A stretch of DNA of 63,791 nt, counting the filler, from Octopus bimaculoides (lineage: Eukaryota): the NCBI RefSeq assembly GCF_001194135.2. It is 6 parts of 5 records of this genome, joined end to end, with 100 filler letters (N's around TTAATTAATTAA, not from the genome) between each part and the next. Parts side by side here need not be neighbours in the genome. Positions count along the whole stretch, not along the records: positions 35,946 to 56,228 come from NC_068987.1; 5 more parts are not named here. One strand, given 5' to 3'. Under the pieces are notes generated by a model. The model was not told where the DNA came from. It searched no databases and was given only the letters and a program-made list of their open reading frames with translations. The translations under genes and the position numbers were made by a program. Positions 38,706 to 50,500 of this stretch are shown piece after piece; the first letter of the stretch is position 1, and each line of letters begins with the position of its first letter.

Positions 38706-40040
38706 CACTACGTCCCACATTATTAGGCAAATCAGCCTTCTTTCAATAAATAAATGTATATTCGTTGAAAACCAGTTGTTTTCCCACTGACTGCACACAT
38801 TCTCTTAAAATAATTCGGATCTGTGCAGATGCCGACAAGTAGCTGCCATTTTTGTGACTGGGCAACATTTTCACCGTCACAAATTATTAGGCAAGTATAA
38901 TAAAAATGATAATTATGCCAGAACAAACATTTATTTAATTCAACAGTAAAGGTTTAACAAAAAATTATTCATAAAGAACTTAATGGTAAGCATGATTATA
39001 CGTTCGAATGAAAATAATCATGGGATTATGATGTCATACAGCTCCTAATGTTTGATGCCTGATCTTCCACATGCAATAACCTTCCTTACGCATTCATCCA
39101 TTGAATTTGTTATGGTGATGATATTCTCGTGACATGTTTTGGGCAACATCTACAATAGCATCCCAGAGGGCAACTTTACTTGAAAACTGCCGTCCATCTT
39201 GGTAAACGCATCTCTTCAGGACACCCCACTGGTTCTCGATCGGGTTTAAGTCAGGGAAACAAGGTAGTCACTCCATCAAACGACTGTCAGAGGAGCCTAT
39301 TTGCCGAAGGTATTTCTTAGAATTCTTCGCTGGCTGAGACGAGGCATTATCTTGCACGAAGGCCAGCTTTCTCTTGAATGAAAGTTTTTGCTTTTTGAAC
39401 GACGTTTGGAAATTGTCCTTTAAGAAGGTAACATATGTTTTCAATGTAATTTTAATGCCATCTGGGACTTTCCATAGCTCGACCATTATACCACGAACGA
39501 CTCCAGCCCAACACATGACTCCACCTCCCCTCTGTTGGCGTCCCAAACGATGAAAACAGTTCCCGCTGATTGATAGCCAGCCTTTACTTCAGCCATTAGG
39601 TCCGTCATGGGTAGCACGGCATTCGTCAGTGAACAGAACTGTCAAAAAATCTATCTTCATGTATTCTTCTGCCCGTTTCAGTCTCTTCTGCTTATGAACA
39701 ACCTTCAGAGGGGGGCCTTGTAACAGGTTTAACATTCCTGGCTACCTGCTTCAAGAGGCGACACCTGGTAGTTTTCGATACCTCTTCCCTGCCACAACGT
39801 TTGGAGACTTCTGTACTTGTCAGACATAGGTTCTGCACAACTTCCCTTTTCACACGTGACAAAGTACGATTCGAAGCAAACCTTGACTTGCTTTATCTGC
39901 CCTCGAACTGACAGAAAGAGGAGACTGTAAAAATTTCTTTACTGATCGGTGATCCCTTACCAGTATTTTGGATATTTCTCTGGTTGTTTTTCCTTTTCCA
40001 AGCTCTGACACTACCGTAGACTTCTCATTTATGTTTGTAT
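38706..40040 (-). mobile_element. Tc1-family DNA transposon relic (DD34E), one terminus preserved
   Basis: Minus-strand motifs ..GKGKTTREISKIL..DHRSVKKF, VLFTDECRATHDGPNG, GVMCWAG, FVQDNAS, PDLNPIEN. Terminus TA|CACTACGTCCCACATTATTAGGCAA at 38704-38730. The 5' end is lost in (CATA)n and the gap. Confidence 0.9.
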
Positions 40041-40793
40041 ACATACATACATACATACANNNNNNNNNNNNNNNNNNNNNNNNNNNNNNNNNNNNNNNNN
40101 NNNNNNNNNNNNNNNNNNNNNNNNNNNNNNNNNNNNNNNNNNNNNNNNNNNNNNNNNNNNNNNNNNNNNNNNNNNNNNNNNNNNNNNNNNNNNNNNNNNN
40201 NNNNNNNNNNNNNNNNNNNNNNNNNNNNNNNNNNNNNNNNNNNNNNNNNNNNNNNNNNNNNNNNNNNNNNNNNNNNNNNNNNNNNNNNNNNNNNNNNNNN
40301 NNNNNNNNNNNNNNNNNNNNNNNNNNNNNNNNNNNNNNNNNNNNNNNNNNNNNNNNNNNNNNNNNNNNNNNNNNNNNNNNNNNNNNNNNNNNNNNNNNNN
40401 NNNNNNNNNNNNNNNNNNNNNNNNNNNNNNNNNNNNNNNNNNNNNNNNNNNNNNNNNNNNNNNNNNNNNNNNNNNNNNNNNNNNNNNNNNNNNNNNNNNN
40501 NNNNNNNNNNNNNNNNNNNNNNNNNNNNNNNNNNNNNNNNNNNNNNNNNNNNNNNNNNNNNNNNNNNNNNNNNNNNNNNNNNNNNNNNNNNNNNNNNNNN
40601 NNNNNNNNNNNNNNNNNNNNNNNNNNNNNNNNNNNNNNNNNNNNNNNNNNNNNNNNNNNNNNNNNNNNNNNNNNNNNNNNNNNNNNNNNNNNNNNNNNNN
40701 NNNNNNNNNNNNNNNNNNNNTATATATGCATGTATGTATATACGTGTGCATGCATGTATGTATGTATTCATGTCTATACATATGGATGTATGA

Positions 40794-40825
<32 letters not shown>

Positions 40826-41560
40826 TTGTATGTATGTATGTATGTATGTAAGTACGTATGTGTATATAGATATATGTACGTATGAGTGTATAAGAAAATG
40901 CATGTACAAATGTATATGTTTGCTTGTGCGACTGTAAATTTGTGTGTGTTCGTGTGCTTGTAGTTATGTGTTTGTGTCTGCGTATGTGTGCGTCTATGTG
41001 TGAGAGACATTGAGTGTGCGCGCGAGAGTGAGTGTGTGCTTTTGCGTTTTAGCATTTTTTTTCTTTTACAGCGTTTTTTTTCACTCAGTATCTCGTGTTC
41101 GTATTTTGAATTTAATTTCCACTCGAGAGTTTGTTGTTCATGCATGTCTGTTCATCATAAAATGTAGTTAATACAGTGTGATCTTATCATTCATCTTAAA
41201 CTTCATGATAGTATGTCAACGTCAGATTCTACGATAAAGTTTACTGATGTTTACTTCTAGTTCTTTCTCTTTTCTATCTAGTGGGGTTACTTTCATTGCA
41301 ACTTTGACTTATCGCGGGCAATTTCAGGTATGCTCTGGGTGTTATTTTCGAGTATGGTCAATATGACTCTTGGATGTCCATATAAAATTTTGGGGGTTCC
41401 ACGCTAGCGAAATAGTAAATTGGGGTTCTGCAGTAATATTTTACCGATCCATGAAAAGTTTTTATTTAAGTGTATGTATTACAAGTAACAGCTAATTTCT
41501 TTCTCTAGAATTTTACATAGTTCAACCTATACAAGTGGATGTGTAAATAATTAGATAGGA

Positions 41561-41777
41561 TTAAGGCAGCGAGCTGGCAGAAATGTTAGCGCGCCGGGCG
41601 AAATGCTTCGCGGTATTTCGTCTGTCCTAACGTTCTGAGTTCAAATTCCGCCGAGATCGACTTTGCCTTTCATCCTCTCGGGGTCGATAAATTAAGTACC
41701 AGTTGCGTACTGGGGTCGATCTAATCGACTGCCCCCCCACAAAAGAAATTGCGGGCCTTGTGCCTAGAGTAGCAAAG
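41561..41777 (+). mobile_element. Young SINE family A with 15-bp TSD
   Basis: TSD AATAATTAGATAGGA at 41546-41560 and 41778-41792; near-consensus sequence. Confidence 0.93.
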
Positions 41778-42516
41778 AATAATTAGATAGGAATACTGAA
41801 AGAAGTATCTGTAAAATTAGTTCTTAAACATCAAGTGACTATGGGGTTGACTACAATAAAATAGATATTGAAAAGATGCCTTGGTGAAGAATGGTTGTGG
41901 ACCACTGTTTTGGAGTGATAGCAAATAGATAAATATAGATGTATATATACAACCGGCAGTTTTCTTATCAAATTGCTCGCACTATAAACTGTGTGGCAGT
42001 TTCACTAGACTGCAGAAAAGCTTTCGGTTGTGTTTATCACTTTTGACTGTTACAACCACTCTAGTTATCATAAGTGCACGTTACCTTAGAATCTGAAAGA
42101 GAAATGTTAAAAAAATCCTGGTCAGCAATCCTCATACTATAACTGAAAGCAGAACAATTGTGTCGATGTTATAAATCTTTCAAACGGAAAATTTGTAGGA
42201 GACAACCTATCTATGCTTCTGTTTATTTTGGCAATAAATTCACTGTCTTTTCCTTCACAATAAATGCAACGGTTCCGTGTTACGTTTTGCTACAGCAAGA
42301 GACATTAATGTAAATCATAACTTATTTGTAGATCATATGAAGATCTTCACTGGAAGTACGGAACAATGCTGAGGGGAAACAGCTGGATTTAATAATAATA
42401 TATAATATTTTAAACTTGTAAATGGACGCAGAAAATATACTCATCCTTCTCTAAAATCAAACGTTTACATAAATGATCTCTCTCTACAAACCGTCCATCT
42501 GTTTATTATAAATAGC

Positions 42517-42572
<56 letters not shown>

Positions 42573-44562
42573 TAGAGAGAGAGAGAGAAGAATATTTTCT
42601 TTATAACAAGAGACGAGAATGCATGTAAGACAAAAGAAAGAACGCGTAAATTACACGATTCGTTTACTCATGACAGCTTCGTGGGAACCTTGCTAAACCA
42701 AAGCATGTCGAGCACTATAAATGCAACCATTGCTGAAATTGTGGGCCATATTCATTGTATCTACCAGGACTTATCAACATTTATGTCGACAACCAATCAC
42801 AGAAGAGCTGCTACTAAGTGAGTCTGAGACCTAGCCCCCTATTCTCGTTCCTTTGTTTGTTTTTTTTTATCACTGTTCGACTTTTCAAATCTCATAATCG
42901 ATAGATTCAGGAAAAAAAATCAAGAATCAAAAGTGAACCTCAAGCAATAATGGTGTGTAATACTAGATGTACAATCACTATTCGTGTGTCCTGAGAGTAT
43001 TGGCAAATCTTTATCTGTGATAAAGGAAGGTGATCTAAACTAGGGATTAGTGCTTGGGTGTACTAGAACTGCAGGAGATTTAAGAGAAATAAGTATCATT
43101 AATTGATTAATTTCGTCTGATATTCTACCCCCATCTAAATAGTAAGTAGTTACATGGAATCCTAGTAAGAAGGATTTTGAGGTTTCTTGAATCCAGACTG
43201 AATTAATGAATACCGTACATCATTTTAGAATGCTTGTTTTCCAGGATTGCCATGCTTTTTTTATGCATGGAATTAGCGAACAGTTTAGTATGCGCAAAGG
43301 AGAAAAAAGATCATCTCGTTTCATTTTTTTGACCCGACAATTTCTTATGAATTAGTTACCCATGCATTTGAGAAACAAAGCATTAAAAGTCTGCTATTTA
43401 CCAATAAAAAATTCATGACCAATTGGCTGGTAGTAGCGACGGCAATCATTAGATGGCACACTATCTCTCCAGTGTTAATGAGTCTTTTTTCCCCAATTCG
43501 ATTATGTATTTCTAATCTATTAACCTCATCAATTGAATTTTCATTTGCGATATTTTACGTTCATACTGAATTTTCATCAGTTTGGTCATCGGCCGGCATA
43601 AGGTGTCTTATCCTTGGTTATTTAAATTCTTAAATAACCTGAAAATGAAGTGTTAACTATAGGAGAGTAAATAAAGTTTCAGAATTAGAATCCGATCCGG
43701 TACTTTATAGGCATTAAGGAATAAGGCTTCTCATATCGATCAGTGATTAAAGAGTAGAATAGATATTAAAAGAAGAAGTAATGACTTTGTCATAATTATT
43801 TTTTTTTAATAATGGAGCAATTAACCCCATATAAACAAGAGGTTAATTGTTATGAAAAATTACCAGCTTTTATGATATAATCAATATTAAGCTGGAAGAG
43901 AAGGAGAAGTAGCTTTTGAAACTCGTAGACCTTCCCAGTCTTTTAAATAAAATTCTTAGGATGAAACACTAAATCTGAAACAAATCATCGATAAAAGGTT
44001 TGTTAGAATTAAACAAGAGAAGAGTAAAAGAAGGGATGTAAAAGTAAAAATATTTGAAGTATGTTGTTTCATTCAAGGCCACGTATAATCGACCTATTAT
44101 ATAAGAAAAGAAAGATTTCAGGCGTGATCACTACCTCCCCTACCTCCCCTACCTCATTGTAAGAGTATGTCTATGGCTACCTTATCCCATTCATTCTTCC
44201 TTTTCGTATGATGGTAGGATGTAATTTGAGGGAAATTTACCTGGTATTTATACTAGATCAAGTGACTATGGGAGGTTCTGCCGATGCTCATCTTTAAATT
44301 ATGTATGTGACTGCCGTAATGATTGGGATGACGATTTATCTAATTGTTGCCAGGTATTAGTATCTATAGAACGACATAGCAATATAACTAGAGATTCTTT
44401 TTATACCTAAGTGGTATACATATGTGTTTATAAATATATGTATATATCCATCAACGAAAGACGAACGAAAGCGTTAATATGAAAATGAAAATATAATAAA
44501 AAAGTTTTTCCAAAATTCTAACGACTTTTTCAATATTCAATTCTTTACATCACACCTAACAT

Positions 44563-44596
<34 letters not shown>

Positions 44597-44782
44597 ATAT
44601 ATATATATGCAAAATATATTATTTAAAACAGTTTGATTCGGTACTATGCGACTTAAAGTTTCGCAGGCCTCTCATAGAAGCCCGTCTCTTTGAGGCTAAA
44701 GAGGCCAAACTGTTTTAAATAATACACGTAACTCCTACTAAATGTGTAGAGTGCCATTTTGTCTTTCATTTTTCAATCGTTC

Positions 44783-44818
<36 letters not shown>

Positions 44819-44964
44819 GTATATATCATATATATAATTTTTAATACAGAGCAAATAAAGCAGGAGAAAAAATATTTGCGAAAATATTGACTCTATTATT
44901 ATCTAGTGTAACAATTAAAAATCATAATAACAGAATCAATACCATAGTCGATTAGCCCCTCCCC

Positions 44965-45272
44965 CCAACAAAACATGATCTCTCTACTGCATGCTTCTTC
45001 ACGGCCAAATCTATGTTGCTTCCTCGCGAGTTGGAAGCAACAACAATTCATTATTTTGACACCAACATAAAATTACATAATGGATATTATTTACCCTGAG
45101 GTGCTTCAACATTGTCAGATTTTCAGATTGAAATTCTGTTATCATGACAATCTGGATATTTTAAAAATAAAATATAGATATATTGAAATAATTATGAGAA
45201 TATATCTTTATGTTTATTTTTTACTAATCTGAATAAGAACAGCAGTAACCCGGGAAACGCCAGGTCATTCAG
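44965..45272 (+). mobile_element. Helitron 3' end (helicase C-terminus plus terminal hairpin)
   Basis: DLSTACF(fs)HGQIYVASSRVGS..(fs)..MDIIYPEVLQ, followed by cccgggaaacgccaggtcattcagcttg (45249-45276), a degenerate Helitron hairpin and CTAG terminus. Confidence 0.8.
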
Positions 45273-45650
45273 CTTGTATATAATCTCCATATGTAGCTGT
45301 CTGTCATCGTTAATTTCTATGTATGTCCAGAATGTGCATGCAGGACAATTAAACGAACAGATAGCGTTTGATTCGTAAAAACAAGTAGAATTTCTTTCGA
45401 AAAATAAATCTTCATAGCGTGCATAATAATATCTATATTATTGTTATCTATAGTATGTGTATTAACAAATTGTAGTATATCACGTGATTAATTATTACAA
45501 TTTTATGATTATCATTATAGATACTGACGTGACTGTGTGGCGAGAGGTTTGCTTCCCAACCACATCGTTTCGGGTTCGGCCACACTGCAACACAATGCTT
45601 GTGAGTGGATTTAGTAGAGAGAAACTGAAAGAAATACGTCGTATATATAA

Positions 45651-46310
45651 TATATAAACATAATTAAGGGATCAGCAAACATTTGCTTCACCACATACCG
45701 AAGTTCAGAAATAGCAGCTAAAAAAGCTGAGACTCCAACAGATAGCATTACTTGTAACTCACAAATGCAAAAATAAGAAGAAAAAACAAATGAAATCTAA
45801 CCATTCGAAGTTAATCATAGACGCGTTTCTGGATTATGAGCGATAATACTCAATTTCCTTCATCGGTATGATATTCTAGTAGTAAATTCGACTATGCTAG
45901 CAAACTGTGCATGCATGAACGAGTGAACATTCATGCATCGGCACAACCTGAAAGCACAACCGAACCTACATCGACCAGCCAATCCACTATTTGCTCCTCA
46001 AGAAATTACCATGTGCGTCACAAGCAATACCGCAGAAAATTTGCGGTTTACTATCAGAGAGTGAATAATTATTACAATTAAAAGGGTAAAGGTTTATCAA
46101 TTTATTAATTTATTAATAAATCAACAATTAATAATTTTTACCAAGCCCTTCGGTATGTAAACACCATTATCGGCGGAGAACTTATTTAAAAGTTCTTATA
46201 CATTTATAAACATAATTAAGGGATCAGCAAACATTTGCTTCACCACATACCGAAGTTCAGAAATAGCAGCTAAAAAAGCTGAGACTCCAACAGATAGCAT
46301 TACTTGTAAC
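45651..46310. repeat. ~105-bp near-perfect direct repeats (45651-45758 and 46205-46309) around a ~445-bp unique spacer
   Basis: tataaacataattaagggatcagcaaacatttgcttcaccacataccgaagttcagaaatagcagctaaaaaagctgagactccaacagatagcattacttgtaac occurs twice. Confidence 0.9.
45816..45870 (-). ncRNA. Minimal type-I hammerhead-ribozyme-like motif (variant core)
   Basis: Minus strand: CATA-CCGATGA-A-GGAAATTGAG(TATTATCG)CTCATAATCC-A-GAAA-CGCG-TC-TATG. Palindromic helix III, GUC triplet, helix II partly eroded. Confidence 0.72.
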
Positions 46311-46629
46311 ACACACACACACACACACANNNNNNNNNNNNNNNNNNNNNNNNNNNNNNNNNNNNNNNNNNNNNNNNNNNNNNNNNNNNNNNNNNNNNNN
46401 NNNNNNNNNNNNNNNNNNNNNNNNNNNNNNNNNNNNNNNNNNNNNNNNNNNNNGATTATAACTGATCAAAGGACATACTAAGTAGGTCTATTTGCTGGAA
46501 ATGACTCTTATCTAAATAGCCAGGCGATTTAAATAAGAGTTTTGACTGTTATTTCCAGCAGGTAGACATACTCAGTATGTTCTTTGATTAATTTTAATCC
46601 TTCAGCTGTTTAATGCTTTGGGATGGGGG

Positions 46630-46745
46630 CTGCAATCGCCTTGAGGGATTGACCATGAGATTTGTTAATTGAAATACCAAAACTTAGTTTGACAGGAAAC
46701 TGAAGCGTCTTAAATTCAAATGGAACATCTGTAGGTGTTGTGCTG
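46630..46745 (-). mobile_element. Helitron PIF1-helicase fragment
   Basis: TPTDVPFEFKTLQFPVKLSFGISINKSHGQSLKAI matches the QFPVRLAFAMTINKSQGQSL motif. Confidence 0.85.
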
Positions 46746-46888
46746 ACACTCCCGAATAAACTAGCCGAACTAAGTAGGAGTCGTTGGGAGAGCGTTTTGG
46801 AGTCTCGTGAAATACGTCGTGTAAACACATTGATTTTACTTCCGCATCGTTAACTTACACTATCCAAAATATGTCTAGGATATAAAAG

Positions 46889-49800
46889 TGGCAACGAGAT
46901 ATTCGAAGCTTACGTCGGACGTTTCCATTTATTTTTAGTACGAAATCAAAGAAAAAAATCATTAACATGGAAGACTTAATGGATTGCGTGGTGCAGTTGC
47001 ATCATCAGCAGTAACAACAACAGCTACAACAACAACTACAACAGCAACAACAATACCAACAGCTGTTGGAAACAATGTTGGAGAAGTCTGAAAATGCTTC
47101 AGGTTCGTTCTCATCACATGGCGTAGCAAACTCAAATGGTGAATATATTTAAATCCCAGAAGAAGGTACTACTTTTTCTGCATGTTTTAGAAGATACGGA
47201 GAAAACTTCAAAGAAGAATGTAAAAATTGGAATGACGAGAAGAAGGTACGACTACTTTTAAGAAAGTTATCTCCTACCGAACAGGAAAAATACTGTAATT
47301 ATATTCTGCCGAAGAAACTAGGTGAGATTTGGTTCGATGAAACAATTAATCTATTATCGAGAATTTTCAGTGAAAGAAATTCTCTGTTCAATACTCGTTG
47401 GCAGTGTTTAAATTTAGTTAAAAAAAGATGAAGATTTCGTCACCAGTGCTGGAGTCGTTAACAGAGAATGGGAAAAATTCAAATTAAATGAATTAACCCC
47501 AGATCTGTTCAAATGTCTGATTTATGTTCAAGGGTTAACAAAATTAGAACAGGACCAAATATTAACTCTACAAGCAGTAGTTGAAGAAAGCCAGAGGATA
47601 ATGAATTTAAGACATGACGGGAATAAAACTGAAGAAAAGGATTGCTCTCAGACATATGTGTGTCGACCTGAAACGATTATAAAAAGGAAAAACGAAAGTT
47701 AAGACCAAATCCATAATATGGGTGCGAAGGTTTACATTTTAGAAATAGGTGTCCTTTTAAAAATCGTAAATGTTTTGAGTGTGGAAATATTGGATGTAAG
47801 AGCTCACATTTTATAGGGTAAAAAAAAGGGTAAAACAAAATTCTAGAAAAAAATGTATTGTTGACGAAATTTCTAAGCGAGGCTCAGAAAAGAAAATTTG
47901 TGTCCATAAAAATGAATAATGTGAATATCAAGTTACAATTGGATACGGGCAGTGATATCACAATAATTAATACAAAATCCATGGAGAAACATAGGGAGAC
48001 CTATATCAAAGGAAACTTCAAAAATTAAAGTATTATAAATTTATTTGGAACAGACTGGATGGAACTATTTAATTTTGTAGAAATGTGAATGGTTCTTCCG
48101 CCTGTACAGAGAAGGTGTCGAAGGATTTGAATAAAGAATTTGAGAAAAAAATTTCCTGAACTTTTTCCTGATGAATTGTATCGTTGCACCAAAACAGAGG
48201 CGAAGTTTCGAGTGAAAGAAAACGCTAGACCTGTATTTAAACGAAAGAAGAACTTTCGCAGCGTTGAAACAAGTCAGCGAAGAATTGGATAGATTTGAAA
48301 AAGTCGGCGTCATTGAAAAAATTGATTACTCAAAATCTGAGTATGCGCTGATTTTTCAGCGGGATTAAACGAATGTTTGATGCCATATAATTACCCGTTA
48401 CCAAGTCCGAAGGAAATTTTCGCGAAGTCGAATGAACGAAAATTTAAATTTCAAAGTTGGACATACCTGAAGCATATTTGCAGGTAAAAGTTGATGAGAA
48501 ATGTTCAAAATTATTGACAATAAATACCCATAAAGTGTTGTATAAATTTAATCGACTTGCCTTTGGTATAAAGGTAGCACCTGGCATTTTCCAACAAGTT
48601 GTGGACATTATGCTCGCAGGTTCGGATTTCACTGTAGCTTACCTTGATGACAAACTTATAAAAAGGGAATCTCTGGGTTAGCTCGCTGAGCATGTTAAAA
48701 AGGTCTTCGAAAGAATTAAAGATTATGGATGTAAGCTTAGCGAGGAAAGGTGTGAATTTTTATGCAAAGAAAAAAATATCTAGGGCAGATAATTGATGAA
48801 AATAGTCGCAGACCAGACCCGGCTATAAAAAATATACCTCCCTCAACAAACATTAAAATGTTTTAAGCATTTTTGGCGCTTGCAAATTATTACCAGGTAT
48901 ACATACCGAATATGCACGATATAAGAGCACCCCTGAATAAATTGTTAAAAAAAGACGTTAAGAGGAACAAATACCAAAAAGCTTTTGAAGAAATTAAAAA
49001 CGTCTTAACGTCGGAAATGTCGTTATCACATTTTGACCCGAATTTAGAAACAATAGTGGCAGCAAATGCTAGTGAAAGTGATACTGGAGGTGTGATTTTG
49101 CACAAGTATGAAGATGGTAGCCTGAAAGCAGTAGCTCATGCTTCGCGTTCATTATTGCTGGCTGAGAAAAGCTACAGTCAAATAGAAAAAGAGGTACTAA
49201 CCATCATATTTGCGGTAAAAAAATTCCATATATTTATACATGGAAGAAGTTTCCGCCTACTGACATACCACCGCCCATTGTTGTCCATCTATGGATCAAA
49301 AAAGGGTATGCCCACTCATACAGCCAACATATTGCACCGCCGGGGAACGATCCTACTGAATTTCGACTTCAAGATGCAGTAATTGCCATCGAAAAAATTG
49401 GGACATGTCAAGATTAATACCAAAATACAGTGAACCACTAGAAGACAGCAATAGCGGCGTTAATAGCCGAAAATGAAATAAAAAATATATTGTGCAATGT
49501 TGTGCATGAATTGCCTGTGAGATTGAAGGAAATAAAAATTAAGGCAGAGACAGCCGAGTTTATCATAAAAATGATAAAAATAGTGAGATAAGAAGATAAA
49601 AATTCGTGTGACTGGACGTAACACTGTTTCGAATTTGTATTCGATATGTAATGATGTACTTATGTATGCACAGAGGGGCGTAATGCCGATCTCACTACAA
49701 GGCCGAATGTTAAAGGAATTCCACACTGGACATCCAGGAATTTCTAGGATGAGTCGCTTATGAGGAGTTATGTTTACTGGCGAAAAATGGATCTAGATAT

Positions 49801-50500
49801 TGAGAAGATGGTAAAATCCTGCAGAGGTTGTGATATTGCAGCGAAATAACTACCTATAAAATTTAAACCTTGATCCGAAACCGATATTCCATGGTCCAGA
49901 CTGCGCATAGACTTCGAAGGAATATCAAACCGATCATATTATCTAATAGTGATAGACAGCTTTACTAAATAGCGGAAATATGTAAATGCAGAAAACCGAC
50001 ATCCATGGTAACAGTGGAATTTCTACACGTACTTTTTGCTAGGTATGGTGTCCAGGATACCGTAGTCTCCGATAACAGCATACAATTCACGGCGAATGAA
50101 TTCAAGTATTTTTGCAAGATGTACTCAATTGAACATATCACTACTCCTCCATATCCAAGCGGAAAGATTCGTAGATACATTTAAAAGAGCATTAAAGAAA
50201 TCAAGAAACGAGCTAGTTGATGACGCAGAATTGAAACAATTCTTGAATTTTTATAGGACAACACCAAGCCCAAACACTTTTCAAGCAAGTCGCCTGAAGA
50301 ACTAACGTTTGCTCTAAAAATACAACAAAGCATTTTAAGATCGATGACAAGGTGTTTTTCAAAATATATAAAAATAGATCACAAGGTTGGGAAGACGGAG
50401 TAGTAACAAAAAGAATAGGCAAAATGACAAATATGATAAGAGGCGGAAAATGGGAACACAAAAGACATTTAAACCAGATAGACACTCATAAAATTGATAA
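46889..50500 (+). mobile_element. Degenerate Ty3/gypsy LTR retrotransposon internal region (gag-pol, K02A2.6/Mag-like)
   Basis: PBS-like TGGCAACGAG at 46889. Gag starts at 46967 with a Gln-rich head and double CCHC-like knuckles (~47720-47810). Protease QLDTGSDITII (~47940), RT ..YKFNRLAFGIKVAPGIFQQ..VAYLDD, RNase H ..AHASRSL..AEKSYSQIEKE, integrase HTGHPG and RLRIDF..VIDSFTK. Many stops and frameshifts; no 3' LTR found. Confidence 0.93.
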
